Origin: an uncultured Coriobacteriaceae bacterium
GTDB lineage: Bacteria > Actinomycetota > Coriobacteriia > Coriobacteriales > Coriobacteriaceae
Direction: 5' to 3'
Length of the DNA: 64,000 bases
NCBI GenBank assembly: GCA_944320725.1
Contig: CALUIM010000008.1
Coordinates: forward strand, 94,385 to 158,384
Positions 1 through 8,277 of the stretch are shown here, in pieces (position 1 is the stretch's first letter; each line of letters starts with the position of its first letter). A program made the position numbers and the translations under genes. A model generated the notes under the pieces. It was given only the letters and a program-made list of their open reading frames with translations. It made no database searches and was not told the origin of the DNA.

Positions 1-578
1 CCCAGATCACCGCCATGTACGGCGAGCACCCACTCGATAACCCCGACTGGGGCCATATCGTCAACGAGAAGCACCTGAAGCGCCTCATGGGTCTCATCGA
101 TCCTGCCAAGGTGGTATGCGGCGGCGAGGTGAGCAAGGAAACGCTGCAGATTGCCCCTACCGTCATGGATCAGGTGTCTGCCGAGGATGCCGTCATGGGC
201 GAAGAGATCTTCGGGCCCATCATGCCCATCATCACGTATGCCTCCATCGATGAAGCAGAAGCCTTCATCAAGGCGCGTCCCAAGCCCTTAGCGCTGTACC
301 TGTTCACCCGCTCCAAAGAACTTGAGCAGCGCTTCCTTACGCATGTGCCCTTTGGCGGCGGCTGCGTGAACGATACGGTGGTGCACCTCGCCACGAGTGA
401 GATGGGCTTCGGCGGCGTAGGCGCCAGTGGCATGGGCAGCTATCACGGCAAGAAGAGCTTTGACACCTTCAGCCATGAAAAGAGCATCTTGAAAAAGCAC
501 CTCTGGATTGACATGCCCATGCGCTACCAGCCCTTCAGCAGCTGGAAGGATACGGCAATCCGCCTGTTCTTGCGGTAA
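1..578 (+). CDS. NAD(P)-dependent aldehyde dehydrogenase, C-terminal part (5' end lies outside the window)
   Basis: The frame is open from nt 3. Motifs EEIFGPI and FGGVGASGMGSYHGK are typical of the ALDH (class 3-like) C-terminus. Confidence 0.85.
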   Translation, partial: QITAMYGEHPLDNPDWGHIVNEKHLKRLMGLIDPAKVVCGGEVSKETLQIAPTVMDQVSAEDAVMGEEIFGPIMPIITYASIDEAEAFIKARPKPLALYLFTRSKELEQRFLTHVPFGGGCVNDTVVHLATSEMGFGGVGASGMGSYHGKKSFDTFSHEKSILKKHLWIDMPMRYQPFSSWKDTAIRLFLR

Positions 579-614
579 CAACATGGATAGAGGCGCCGGC
601 GTGCAATCTTTTCG

Positions 615-643
615 TTGCCGCACGGGCGAATTCCACGTATACT
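615..643 (+). promoter_or_regulatory. Putative sigma-70 type promoter for the tRNA-Pro/Gly pair
   Basis: TTGCCG (615-620), a 17-nt spacer, then TATACT (638-643), about 15 nt before the tRNA-Pro 5' end. Confidence 0.5.
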
Positions 644-658
644 ATCGCTTCAGGACGT

Positions 659-735
659 CGGGACGTGGCGCAGTTTGGTAGCGCGCCTGCTTTGGGAGCA
701 GGATGTCGCAGGTTCAAATCCTGTCGTCCCGACCA
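659..735 (+). tRNA. tRNA-Pro (anticodon TGG)
   Basis: Cloverleaf read by eye. Acceptor CGGGACG/CGTCCCG, anticodon loop CTTTGGGAG, T-arm GGTTCAAATCC, encoded CCA. Confidence 0.9.
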
Positions 736-738
736 TAC

Positions 739-812
739 GCGGGCGTAGTTCAATGGTAGAACCCCAGCCTTCCAAGCTGATGACGCGGGTTCGATTCCCG
801 TCGCCCGCTCCA
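739..812 (+). tRNA. tRNA-Gly (anticodon TCC)
   Basis: Acceptor GCGGGCG/CGCCCGC, anticodon loop CTTCCAA, T-arm GGTTCGATTCC, encoded CCA. Confidence 0.9.
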
Positions 813-821
813 GAGAACACA

Positions 822-861
822 GCAGGTCAGACGCTTACACGGTCTGGCCTGCTTTCATTTT
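822..861 (+). terminator. Intrinsic terminator after the tRNA pair
   Basis: An 11-bp stem, GCAGGTCAGAC/GTCTGGCCTGC with one G-U pair, followed by TTTCATTTT. Confidence 0.7.
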
Positions 862-900
862 CGGCAACCGTGCGCCAAGGCCGTGCACCAAACGTGCGCG

Positions 901-2094
901 TTATGAGCGAGCGCGACGCATCACGGCGTTCAGATGCTCGGCTGCAGCGATCATCACAACGAGGATGACCGCAAGATACAACGGGTACAGCTCGGCACCC
1001 ACCATCTGGGCAAGCACGCCAAAGAGCGGCGACATAACAAGAGAACCCACATAAGCGACGGCCATCTGCATGCCGGTGAGCTCGAGGGCGACATCCTCGC
1101 CAAACCGGTACGGCGTAGCGTGGATAATCGAGGGATAAATGGGCGCGCAGCCAGCTCCGATGAGCAACAGACCCGCTATGAGCGCACGATCCCCTGCCGG
1201 TACGATCACCAATACCACGCCAAGCGCAATGAGCAGCTGTCCCAAACGAATCATGTGATGATCGCGCAGGCGCATCGAAATAAACCCACTTACGGCGCGA
1301 CCCGCCGTAATGCCAATGTAGAACAGCGATGCCCAGCTCGCCGCAGTCTCGGCGTCGATACCGCGCGCCAGCGTGCAAAACGTCGCCGCCCAGTTGCCGC
1401 AGGTACTCTCAAGCGCGCAATAGCAGAAGAAGCAGATGAGAACCGAGGGGACACCGGCAACGCGCAGCAGCGCGCGGCGTGAACGGCGCTTATCCTGCAC
1501 GTCACCAGCGGCCTTCTCAACGCTCGGCAGCGCCCGATCGCGCCAGAGCGGCAGCGAAAGCGTCAAGACCACCGAAATGGCAACCTGGATGCCGCCAAGC
1601 ACGAGAAATCCCTGCGACCACGAGCCACCAGAGATGCACATCGCCATGATGAGCGGACCCGCGCTGGCACCGATGCCCCACATGCAATGAAGCCAGCTCA
1701 TATGCTGCGACTCATAATGCACTGCTACGTAGGTGTTGAGCGCCGCATCGACCGCGCCGGCACCCAGCCCGTACGGCACAGCAAGCAGGCAGAGCTGCCA
1801 AAACGAATCGGCAAGCGAGAAGCCGGCGAGCGCAAGCGCCGTTAACGCCACGCTCGCCGCGGTTACCTTGCCCGTGCCGAAGAGTTCCACCACGCGCACC
1901 GACATGAGGCTCGAAGCAATGGTGCCGCAGCAGATGATCATGTTCACCGCTCCGACCCACGAGATGCCGGCGCCGAGCGCAGGCGCCATAACCGGCCACG
2001 CCGACCCAATCGCAGAATCAGGCAAGCCGAGACTTATGAAGGCAAGATATATGATGGGCAGCAACCCCGCAGGCATGATACCCCCTCGAATCAT
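901..2094 (-). CDS. MFS transporter
   Basis: 397-aa polytopic hydrophobic protein with MFS-like 6+6 architecture and a basic central loop (DKRRSRRALLR). Confidence 0.8.
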   Translation of the reverse strand: MIRGGIMPAGLLPIIYLAFISLGLPDSAIGSAWPVMAPALGAGISWVGAVNMIICCGTIASSLMSVRVVELFGTGKVTAASVALTALALAGFSLADSFWQLCLLAVPYGLGAGAVDAALNTYVAVHYESQHMSWLHCMWGIGASAGPLIMAMCISGGSWSQGFLVLGGIQVAISVVLTLSLPLWRDRALPSVEKAAGDVQDKRRSRRALLRVAGVPSVLICFFCYCALESTCGNWAATFCTLARGIDAETAASWASLFYIGITAGRAVSGFISMRLRDHHMIRLGQLLIALGVVLVIVPAGDRALIAGLLLIGAGCAPIYPSIIHATPYRFGEDVALELTGMQMAVAYVGSLVMSPLFGVLAQMVGAELYPLYLAVILVVMIAAAEHLNAVMRRARS

Positions 2095-2193
2095 TCGACG
2101 TACGACCGAGATAGTCTAGCGCAAGACGCAGGCGCAATGGCCCACGCGCGGTATAATGCTCGCCAGCAAAACGAAGAGAAACGGACGAATCCG

Positions 2194-2670
2194 ATGAAGA
2201 AATCCCTTGTTATCAACCTCGTCCTTTGGATCGCTCTCGCCGCCGCGATGATCGCGTTTCTCGCGTGGTACCACCTCGCCGGCGGAGAGGCAGCAGCAGC
2301 GGAAGAAGCGGGCCCGCTGATGTTGGGAACCGTGCTCGCTGCCCCTGTGCTGCTCTACGCTATGGGGGCCGTCATGGGGCTGTTGCTCATCATGTTCAAA
2401 GATGTGCAGATGGGCCGCACCGCCAAACGCGTCGCACTTGTCTGCGGACTGCTCACGCTTGCGTTCATCCTCGCCGGCGGCCTACCCGCACTGGCACCAA
2501 GCACCACCGGGGAACTCGCCGCCTCGATTGTGATCGTCCACTACGTCACCGCCGCAGCACCCATCCTCATCATGATGTTCGGGTTTCTCTATGCACTCGG
2601 CTTCGCACCCACCGACACGAACAAACGCAGCCGCTTTGCCAAGTACCTGCCCAAAGATCACTTTGAGTGA
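2194..2670 (+). CDS. Small integral membrane protein, function unknown
   Basis: About 4 predicted TM helices. Start placed at MKKSLV; the upstream Met at 2137 is an alternative start. Confidence 0.45.
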   Translation: MKKSLVINLVLWIALAAAMIAFLAWYHLAGGEAAAAEEAGPLMLGTVLAAPVLLYAMGAVMGLLLIMFKDVQMGRTAKRVALVCGLLTLAFILAGGLPALAPSTTGELAASIVIVHYVTAAAPILIMMFGFLYALGFAPTDTNKRSRFAKYLPKDHFE

Positions 2671-2731
2671 ATCCGCACCGGAGTGGCAAACGACGTGTTG
2701 TCGCCCGCCACTCCGGCATCCGAGATAAACC

Positions 2732-3439
2732 TTAGAAGAACTTGGCGAGATCCCAGGCGGTAATGATGCCCAGCAATCGCTCGTCAGACGTGCCGTGCTC
2801 GGTCACGAACACCATGGCGAGACGATGCGCTTCACGCAGCGACGTTTGGAACAGCTCTGCCACGTCGTCGGCGGGCATCGTGCGAGCAACAAATGCGAAG
2901 CGACCTTGCTCATGCGCGTCGAGATCGAGCAGCTGCTTGATCTCGGCTAACGTCGCGGCCTCCGAGATACTTGAAGAGGAATGCTCAACGAGGTACGCAA
3001 GCAGCGTGCCCTCGCTCAGCACACCAGCAACGCGCCCGTCTTCGAGCACGGGCACATGCGCATACCCATGGTCGGCCATGTTGCGGAGCACATCGAGCAG
3101 TGCATCGTCGAACGTGGCAACGCTCAATTGGTCGCGGCGCGTGCACACGTCTTCGGCGCACCCCATCGCCTCGAACCGCTCAAGCGTCGTGCGGAGCACA
3201 TCAAGCATGGCATCGCTTGGGATAACGGCATACGATCCGTCGATGCGCTCGTTGTGTTGCAAGAAGTTGCGCACCTCGCGGCAGTAATCGAGCTCGTCGC
3301 GCAACGCACGAGGCGCTTTATCGCGATTGAGCAGCCATGCGATCGCCCCGCCATCACGTGAGAGGTGATACCGCTCGCGTATGAGGCGCTCAAGGCGGTT
3401 GTAGAGATCGAGAAACGTAACGGTGTTGTCGGCTGTCAT
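2732..3439 (-). CDS. CBS-pair protein with an N-terminal HEPN-like helical domain
   Basis: Two CBS repeats (HVPVLEDGRVAGVLSEGTLL; LLGIITAWDLAKF). The N-terminal domain carries RNFLQHNER (Rx4H). Start ATG 3439 is preceded by GAGGAGGGC; the longer ORF to 3520 would overlap the neighbouring gene. Confidence 0.8.
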   Translation of the reverse strand: MTADNTVTFLDLYNRLERLIRERYHLSRDGGAIAWLLNRDKAPRALRDELDYCREVRNFLQHNERIDGSYAVIPSDAMLDVLRTTLERFEAMGCAEDVCTRRDQLSVATFDDALLDVLRNMADHGYAHVPVLEDGRVAGVLSEGTLLAYLVEHSSSSISEAATLAEIKQLLDLDAHEQGRFAFVARTMPADDVAELFQTSLREAHRLAMVFVTEHGTSDERLLGIITAWDLAKFF

Positions 3440-3456
3440 ATGCCCTCCTCTGCGCG

Positions 3457-3975
3457 CTATGACGCCCACACCACGCGGCCGTCCCGGCGCGGCTTGGGCT
3501 CGGGCTCTTCTGCCGGCCAACCGAGAATGCAGTTACCGATACCCTCGTAATCGCCGTCGACGCCGAGCTCGGAGAGCACCTGCTTGAACTCAGGCAACTC
3601 GAAGGTCTCCTTGGCCCGATGAATCCAGCAGCTACCGAGGCCCACCGTGCTCGCCGCAAGCATGAGGTTGCCCATCACGAGCGAGCCGTCGTACACATGC
3701 GTGGGAACATCTCGCGGGGCCAGCACCACGAGCACCACGGGAGCACCGTAGAACGGGTCGGCCTCGACACCCATCACCTTCGCATTGGCGGCAGCGAGCG
3801 TATCGCGCAGCGCGCGATCGGTGATGGCAAGGATGATGGGCGACTGCTTGCCCATACCGCTCGCCGCCCAAAGCCCCGCCTCGACAACCTGCTCGATGAG
3901 CTCTCGTGGAACCTCGTCCTGCTTGTACACACGGACACTGCGCCGGTCACACATCGCCTTGATGATATCGTTCAT
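3457..3975 (-). CDS. Nitroreductase family protein
   Basis: RRSVRVY motif near the N-terminus and a size of 172 aa fit the small FMN nitroreductase fold. Confidence 0.85.
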   Translation of the reverse strand: MNDIIKAMCDRRSVRVYKQDEVPRELIEQVVEAGLWAASGMGKQSPIILAITDRALRDTLAAANAKVMGVEADPFYGAPVVLVVLAPRDVPTHVYDGSLVMGNLMLAASTVGLGSCWIHRAKETFELPEFKQVLSELGVDGDYEGIGNCILGWPAEEPEPKPRRDGRVVWAS

Positions 3976-4142
3976 AGCGTGCTCCTCTCTTCATTGCGCG
4001 GCGCCCATCGCAAGGCGACGGGCTCGCATGTAGCCACATGTGAATAGATACCCGTTCTTGGCACATGTTTGTTCTAGGAGTCGAACACGCTTCCCGCAGC
4101 TGTCATCGCCGCAGCGCTCGCATTTGAGCGCTCATGCAAGCG

Positions 4143-5213
4143 CTACGCACGAACGAGATGGATGCGGCGCGCATCGAAATGCATGCGCAGCACGTCGCCC
4201 TCGCGCGGCAGCTCGCGCTCGCCTGCACCCACGAGGTTGACCTTCCACTGCAGGCGGTTCGGCGAATCGGGGCGCGGCGGGTCGAGCAGCACAAGCCGCT
4301 CGAAGCGGGCATCGCTCACCCGCGCCACATGCAGATCATAGGTATTGCGTCCCGGTTCCGCACGGTTGTCGCGATGGAAATATGAGGCGCGCACGCCCAG
4401 ATACGCCACATCATCGGGCACCTCATAGCCCACATCGAACACCATGCCCCAATCGGTTGCCTCCACCTCGGTGGGAGACACCTTACGCGCGGGCGAGGTG
4501 TTCTTGCAGCCGGTGAGCCGCAGCGTCGAGAGCGTCTGGGGTGAACGCATGAGCTGAGCCGGCGCCCCATCTTCGACCACATGTCCTTCGTGCATCACCA
4601 CGATGCGTTCGCACAGTCGACATGCCTCGTCGATATCATGGCTCACGTAGAGCACCGTCGCATCGAGTACGTCGAACAAATCGAGTAGGTTTTGCTCAAG
4701 CGCGCTTTTCAAAAACGAATCGAGCGCCGAGAAGGGCTCGTCGAACATGTAGATACCGGGATGTGCGGCGATCATGCGCGCGAGCGCCACGCGCTGTTGC
4801 TGGCCGCCGGAAAGCCGTGCGGGATAGCGCTGCGCAAAGCGCTCCATCCCAAAGATGCCGAGATAGCGTTGCGCGCGCTGGGTGCGCGTCGCCCCATCGA
4901 GCGTGCGCGGCATGCCCGCACACACGTTTTCGAGTGCGGTGAGATGAGGGAACAGTTGGTAATTCTGGAACAGCAATGCGCATGTGCGCGCCTGCGGCGT
5001 GAGGTTGATGCCCCGGGCAGAATCGAAGAACGTGGTGCCGTTCACACGAATCACGCCCTCGTCCGGTGTTTCCACGCCGGCGATGCAGCGCAGCGTGCAG
5101 CTCTTGCCGCATCCCGAGGCCCCGAGCAGCGCCACGCGCTCCTCCCCCGCCTTAAGCTGCATGGCGAGCGTGAACCCCGGATACCGTTTGGTGATATCGA
5201 GCTCGAGCGACAT
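4143..5213 (-). CDS. modC: Molybdate/sulfate-type ABC transporter ATP-binding protein with a C-terminal TOBE-like domain
   Basis: Walker A GASGCGKS, signature LSGGQQQRV, Walker B IYMFDEP. Lies next to modB and modA. Confidence 0.85.
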   Translation of the reverse strand: MSLELDITKRYPGFTLAMQLKAGEERVALLGASGCGKSCTLRCIAGVETPDEGVIRVNGTTFFDSARGINLTPQARTCALLFQNYQLFPHLTALENVCAGMPRTLDGATRTQRAQRYLGIFGMERFAQRYPARLSGGQQQRVALARMIAAHPGIYMFDEPFSALDSFLKSALEQNLLDLFDVLDATVLYVSHDIDEACRLCERIVVMHEGHVVEDGAPAQLMRSPQTLSTLRLTGCKNTSPARKVSPTEVEATDWGMVFDVGYEVPDDVAYLGVRASYFHRDNRAEPGRNTYDLHVARVSDARFERLVLLDPPRPDSPNRLQWKVNLVGAGERELPREGDVLRMHFDARRIHLVRA

Positions 5214-6779
5214 CTAGCGCCTCCCCTCGGCTGTTGTGCTATCCGACTCGGCGATGAGCGAACGCAGCGCCTCGCGGTCGATGCGCAACGCGTCACCGCC
5301 CGCCTCGGGAGCAGCCAGCGGCTCAACATCGCACCCCCCACGCCGCGGCTGGGCGCCGCCGCGCTCACGATAGCGCTGGCTATGCGCCGTATAGAGGTTG
5401 ATGACCAGCACGACGATAAAGCTGAACAGGATGACCACGATGACCCAGAACAGCGCGACATCGGTGTTGCCGCTCATCCACTCGAAATAGATGGCGATGG
5501 GAATGGTCTGCGTTACCCCGGCATAGTTGCCCGCAAAAAACAGGGTGCACCCGAACTCGCCCATCGCGCGCGCAAACGCAAGCACCGTGCCCGCCGCGAT
5601 CGAGGGCCAGGCAAGCGGCATCATAAGCCGAGCGAAGATGCGCGTCTCAGACCATCCGAGCGTGCGCGCGGCATCGAGCATGGTGGCATCGAGCGACTCG
5701 AAGGCGCCGAGCGCCGTGCGGTACATGAGCGGAAAGCTCACCACGATAGCCGATATGACCGCGGCCTCCCACGTGAACACGAGCGAAATACCATGGTCGA
5801 CGAGCCATTGCCCCACCGGTGTCGACCGCCCAAACAACAACAGGAGCAGAAAGCCGCACACGGTGGGCGGCAAGACCATCGGGATGGTGAACACCGAATC
5901 AAGGATGCCCTTGAGTCTGCTCGACGTGCCCATGGTGCGCCAGGCGGCAAGAAGCCCCAACACGAATGTGATGACGAGCGCCACCGCACTTGTCTTGAGC
6001 GACACCCAAAACGGCCGATAGTCTACCCCCGAGAAAAACGTGTCCAGCTGCTCGAGGAGACCAGGCGCCGCCGCAACCGGCACCTCGGATGCCGGAACGA
6101 GACGTGCGCCGTCGCACCAAAGCGCGCCGGCAGAAAGATCGAGCCCTGCCGCTTCGGCGCCCGCGGTGGGCTCCTCGCCCTCACGAAGCGCCGCTGGCTG
6201 CACCGAGCAGTACCGCCCCTCGCCGGCATCAACTGCAAACCGGTACGTATACAACCCGATGGTCATAGTCTGCTCTTCGGTCACGATGACCTCGCGGCTG
6301 GCTGCGATATCCGCGATGAGCGTGCCCCCGCGCGAAGCCTCCTTGTCGAGGTGCTCAACAAGGGTGATGAGGGCATCGCGCTGCGCGGCATCCTCAAGAT
6401 CAAGCCCTGCGTCTTCTGCCGCCGCACGATCCACGTAGATGATGACCGCCTCATTGGTAGCAAGTGCAACCAGCGTCGCATCGTCGGGAAGCGGATAGCG
6501 ATAACCAAGGTCGATATCGCTAACGGGCCGCAGCGCGCCTTTCTGGTAGCGCTTGAACCCCACAAGGCCGATTCCGGCCTCCTCGTTCAGCGCAGACCCC
6601 TCCTCGGTCACCGCCGCCTCGGTCTTCGCCAACGCGACCATCGGCACGCTCAGGCACGCGCATGCAACCACCAGCACAGCGATAATCAGCGCGAACGCGC
6701 GCGCGGCACACGTGCCGAGCGGCCCCGGCACGAAACCGGAGCCGCTCTCGGGGTGCGTTTTGATCTTCGAGAAGCGCAT
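5214..6779 (-). CDS. modB: Molybdate ABC transporter permease with a long N-terminal extracytoplasmic extension
   Basis: The C-terminal roughly 230 aa match the ModB/CysTW permease core (EAA-loop-like LDAARTLGWSETRIFARLMMPLA). The N-terminal roughly 265 aa consist of one TM helix plus an unassigned domain. Confidence 0.85.
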   Translation of the reverse strand: MRFSKIKTHPESGSGFVPGPLGTCAARAFALIIAVLVVACACLSVPMVALAKTEAAVTEEGSALNEEAGIGLVGFKRYQKGALRPVSDIDLGYRYPLPDDATLVALATNEAVIIYVDRAAAEDAGLDLEDAAQRDALITLVEHLDKEASRGGTLIADIAASREVIVTEEQTMTIGLYTYRFAVDAGEGRYCSVQPAALREGEEPTAGAEAAGLDLSAGALWCDGARLVPASEVPVAAAPGLLEQLDTFFSGVDYRPFWVSLKTSAVALVITFVLGLLAAWRTMGTSSRLKGILDSVFTIPMVLPPTVCGFLLLLLFGRSTPVGQWLVDHGISLVFTWEAAVISAIVVSFPLMYRTALGAFESLDATMLDAARTLGWSETRIFARLMMPLAWPSIAAGTVLAFARAMGEFGCTLFFAGNYAGVTQTIPIAIYFEWMSGNTDVALFWVIVVILFSFIVVLVINLYTAHSQRYRERGGAQPRRGGCDVEPLAAPEAGGDALRIDREALRSLIAESDSTTAEGRR

Positions 6780-6799
6780 GGCACCTTCCCTCAGGCGTC

Positions 6800-7666
6800 T
6801 TAGGCGAGCTCGAACCCGTATTCAGCCCAGATAGCGAGCGCGTCCTCATCGGTCATGCAAAACTCGAGGAAGTCTGCCGCCTCCTCGGCATGCTCGGAGC
6901 TCGCCTCCACAGCACCGGGATACACAATGGCCTTGTGCGACTCCGCCGGCGTGGTGTACGCGACCTCGATGCCATCATAGCGGTACACATCGGAGGTGTA
7001 CACGAAACCGATGGCACAGTCGCCCGTGGCGACATACTGGGCAGCCGTGCCCACCTTATCGGCCTGGACCACCTTGTCGGCGATCGCGGCATCGTACTCG
7101 CCACCCTCGCCCTCGTCGCTTGAGTACAAGCCAACGCTCGCAAGCGCCTGGTTGGCGTACTTGCCAGCCGGCACGGCGCCGGGCTCGCCGATGGCAATGT
7201 TGCCATCGATGGACGCGACATCCTCGAGTGAGGTGATCTCGATATCGGAACCCTCGGCACGCACGATCACGAGCTCGTTAGTAAACATGTCCTGACGCGT
7301 ATCGGCGTCAACGAGCGAGGCCTCCTCGGCATCATCCATGGTGCCCGCGGATGCGGTGATGAGGATATCCACCGGCGCACCGCCGCGCATCTGCTCGACC
7401 AGATCGCCCGAGCCTTTGTACTGGGTGTCGGCAAAGGTGGTCCCGGTAGCCTCGGTATAGAGCGCCTCGACCTCGGGCATGGCCTTCTCAAGCGAGTTCG
7501 CGGCGAAGATCTGCAGCTCGACGCCGGACGTCGCTGCCGCAGAACCGGCTGCCGCAGGCGCGCTCCCCTGCGCCGTGGTATCGGCGTTGCACCCAGCCAG
7601 CACGGCTGCCGCCGCAACGGCACCGGTAGCAGCGAAGCTGCGCCGCGAGATATTCAGATCCATCAT
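6800..7666 (-). CDS. modA: Molybdate ABC substrate-binding lipoprotein
   Basis: TAT-like SRRSFA and lipobox LAGC. ModA-type periplasmic binding fold motifs and operon context with modB and modC. Confidence 0.85.
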   Translation of the reverse strand: MMDLNISRRSFAATGAVAAAAVLAGCNADTTAQGSAPAAAGSAAATSGVELQIFAANSLEKAMPEVEALYTEATGTTFADTQYKGSGDLVEQMRGGAPVDILITASAGTMDDAEEASLVDADTRQDMFTNELVIVRAEGSDIEITSLEDVASIDGNIAIGEPGAVPAGKYANQALASVGLYSSDEGEGGEYDAAIADKVVQADKVGTAAQYVATGDCAIGFVYTSDVYRYDGIEVAYTTPAESHKAIVYPGAVEASSEHAEEAADFLEFCMTDEDALAIWAEYGFELA

Positions 7667-7719
7667 CGATCATCTACCTTCCTCATAACGCTCACCAAAG
7701 GTGACCTATCCATGAGCGT

Positions 7720-7750
7720 ATTATACTCACTTGAGAATAATATTCTCAAG
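7720..7750 (-). promoter_or_regulatory. modA promoter with an overlapping perfect 21-bp palindromic operator candidate
   Basis: On the minus strand: TTGAGA (7749-7744), an 18-nt spacer, then TATAAT (7725-7720). The palindrome CTTGAGAATA-A-TATTCTCAAG spans 7730-7750 and covers the -35 element. Confidence 0.5.
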
Positions 7751-7797
7751 AAAGAATAATCTTTGATGAGGCGTCGGGCTGTACCGGCTACTCCTAT

Positions 7798-8277
7798 CTA
7801 CCGCTCGTGGCCGCCGCCGCGCGACATGGATACCGCATGTTCAAGCTGGTCGGCAACAGCCTCCCAGTTCTCGGTCGCAGCCTTGGTGGAACCAGGTAGA
7901 TTGATCACCAGCGTCCGTCCCCGCTGCATCACGCGTGCACGCGAGAGCATGGCGCGACGCGTCTTGAGCAGCGAAGAGGCGCGCATGGCCTCAGCGATGC
8001 CCGGAACGTCGCGCTCACACACCGAGGCAGTCGCCTCAGGCGTCACATCGCGCAGCGACAAGCCCGTGCCGCCGCAGGTAAGCACGATATCCACGCGAAG
8101 TTCGTCCACCGCGCGCACGATCGCATCCGCGATGGCCGGCGCATCGTCTTTTACAACCGCATGGTCGGTGCACGTCCAACCGGCCGCCGCGATGAGGCCC
8201 TCCAATGCAGCGCCCGCCTCATCTTGCGCGAGGTCGCGCGTATCCGAGCAGGTAATGATCGCGAACGTGATATCCAC
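7798..8277 (-). CDS. mog: Molybdopterin adenylyltransferase (Mog/MoaB family)
   Basis: Motif TCGGTGLSLRDVTPEA. GTG start overlaps the moeA stop (TAGTG). Confidence 0.85.
   Translation of the reverse strand: MDITFAIITCSDTRDLAQDEAGAALEGLIAAAGWTCTDHAVVKDDAPAIADAIVRAVDELRVDIVLTCGGTGLSLRDVTPEATASVCERDVPGIAEAMRASSLLKTRRAMLSRARVMQRGRTLVINLPGSTKAATENWEAVADQLEHAVSMSRGGGHER

Noticed and set aside
4692-6803. 703-aa plus-strand ORF spanning modC and modB
   Set aside because: It is antisense to two genes with clear ABC motifs. The Arg/Ala/His-rich composition is typical of a stop-free reverse frame in high-GC DNA. There is no SD and no recognisable domain.
7667-7797. Moco riboswitch upstream of modA
   Set aside because: With the promoter placed at 7720-7749, the leader is only about 50 nt. 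That is too short for the roughly 130-nt Moco RNA motif, and no matching conserved stems were seen.
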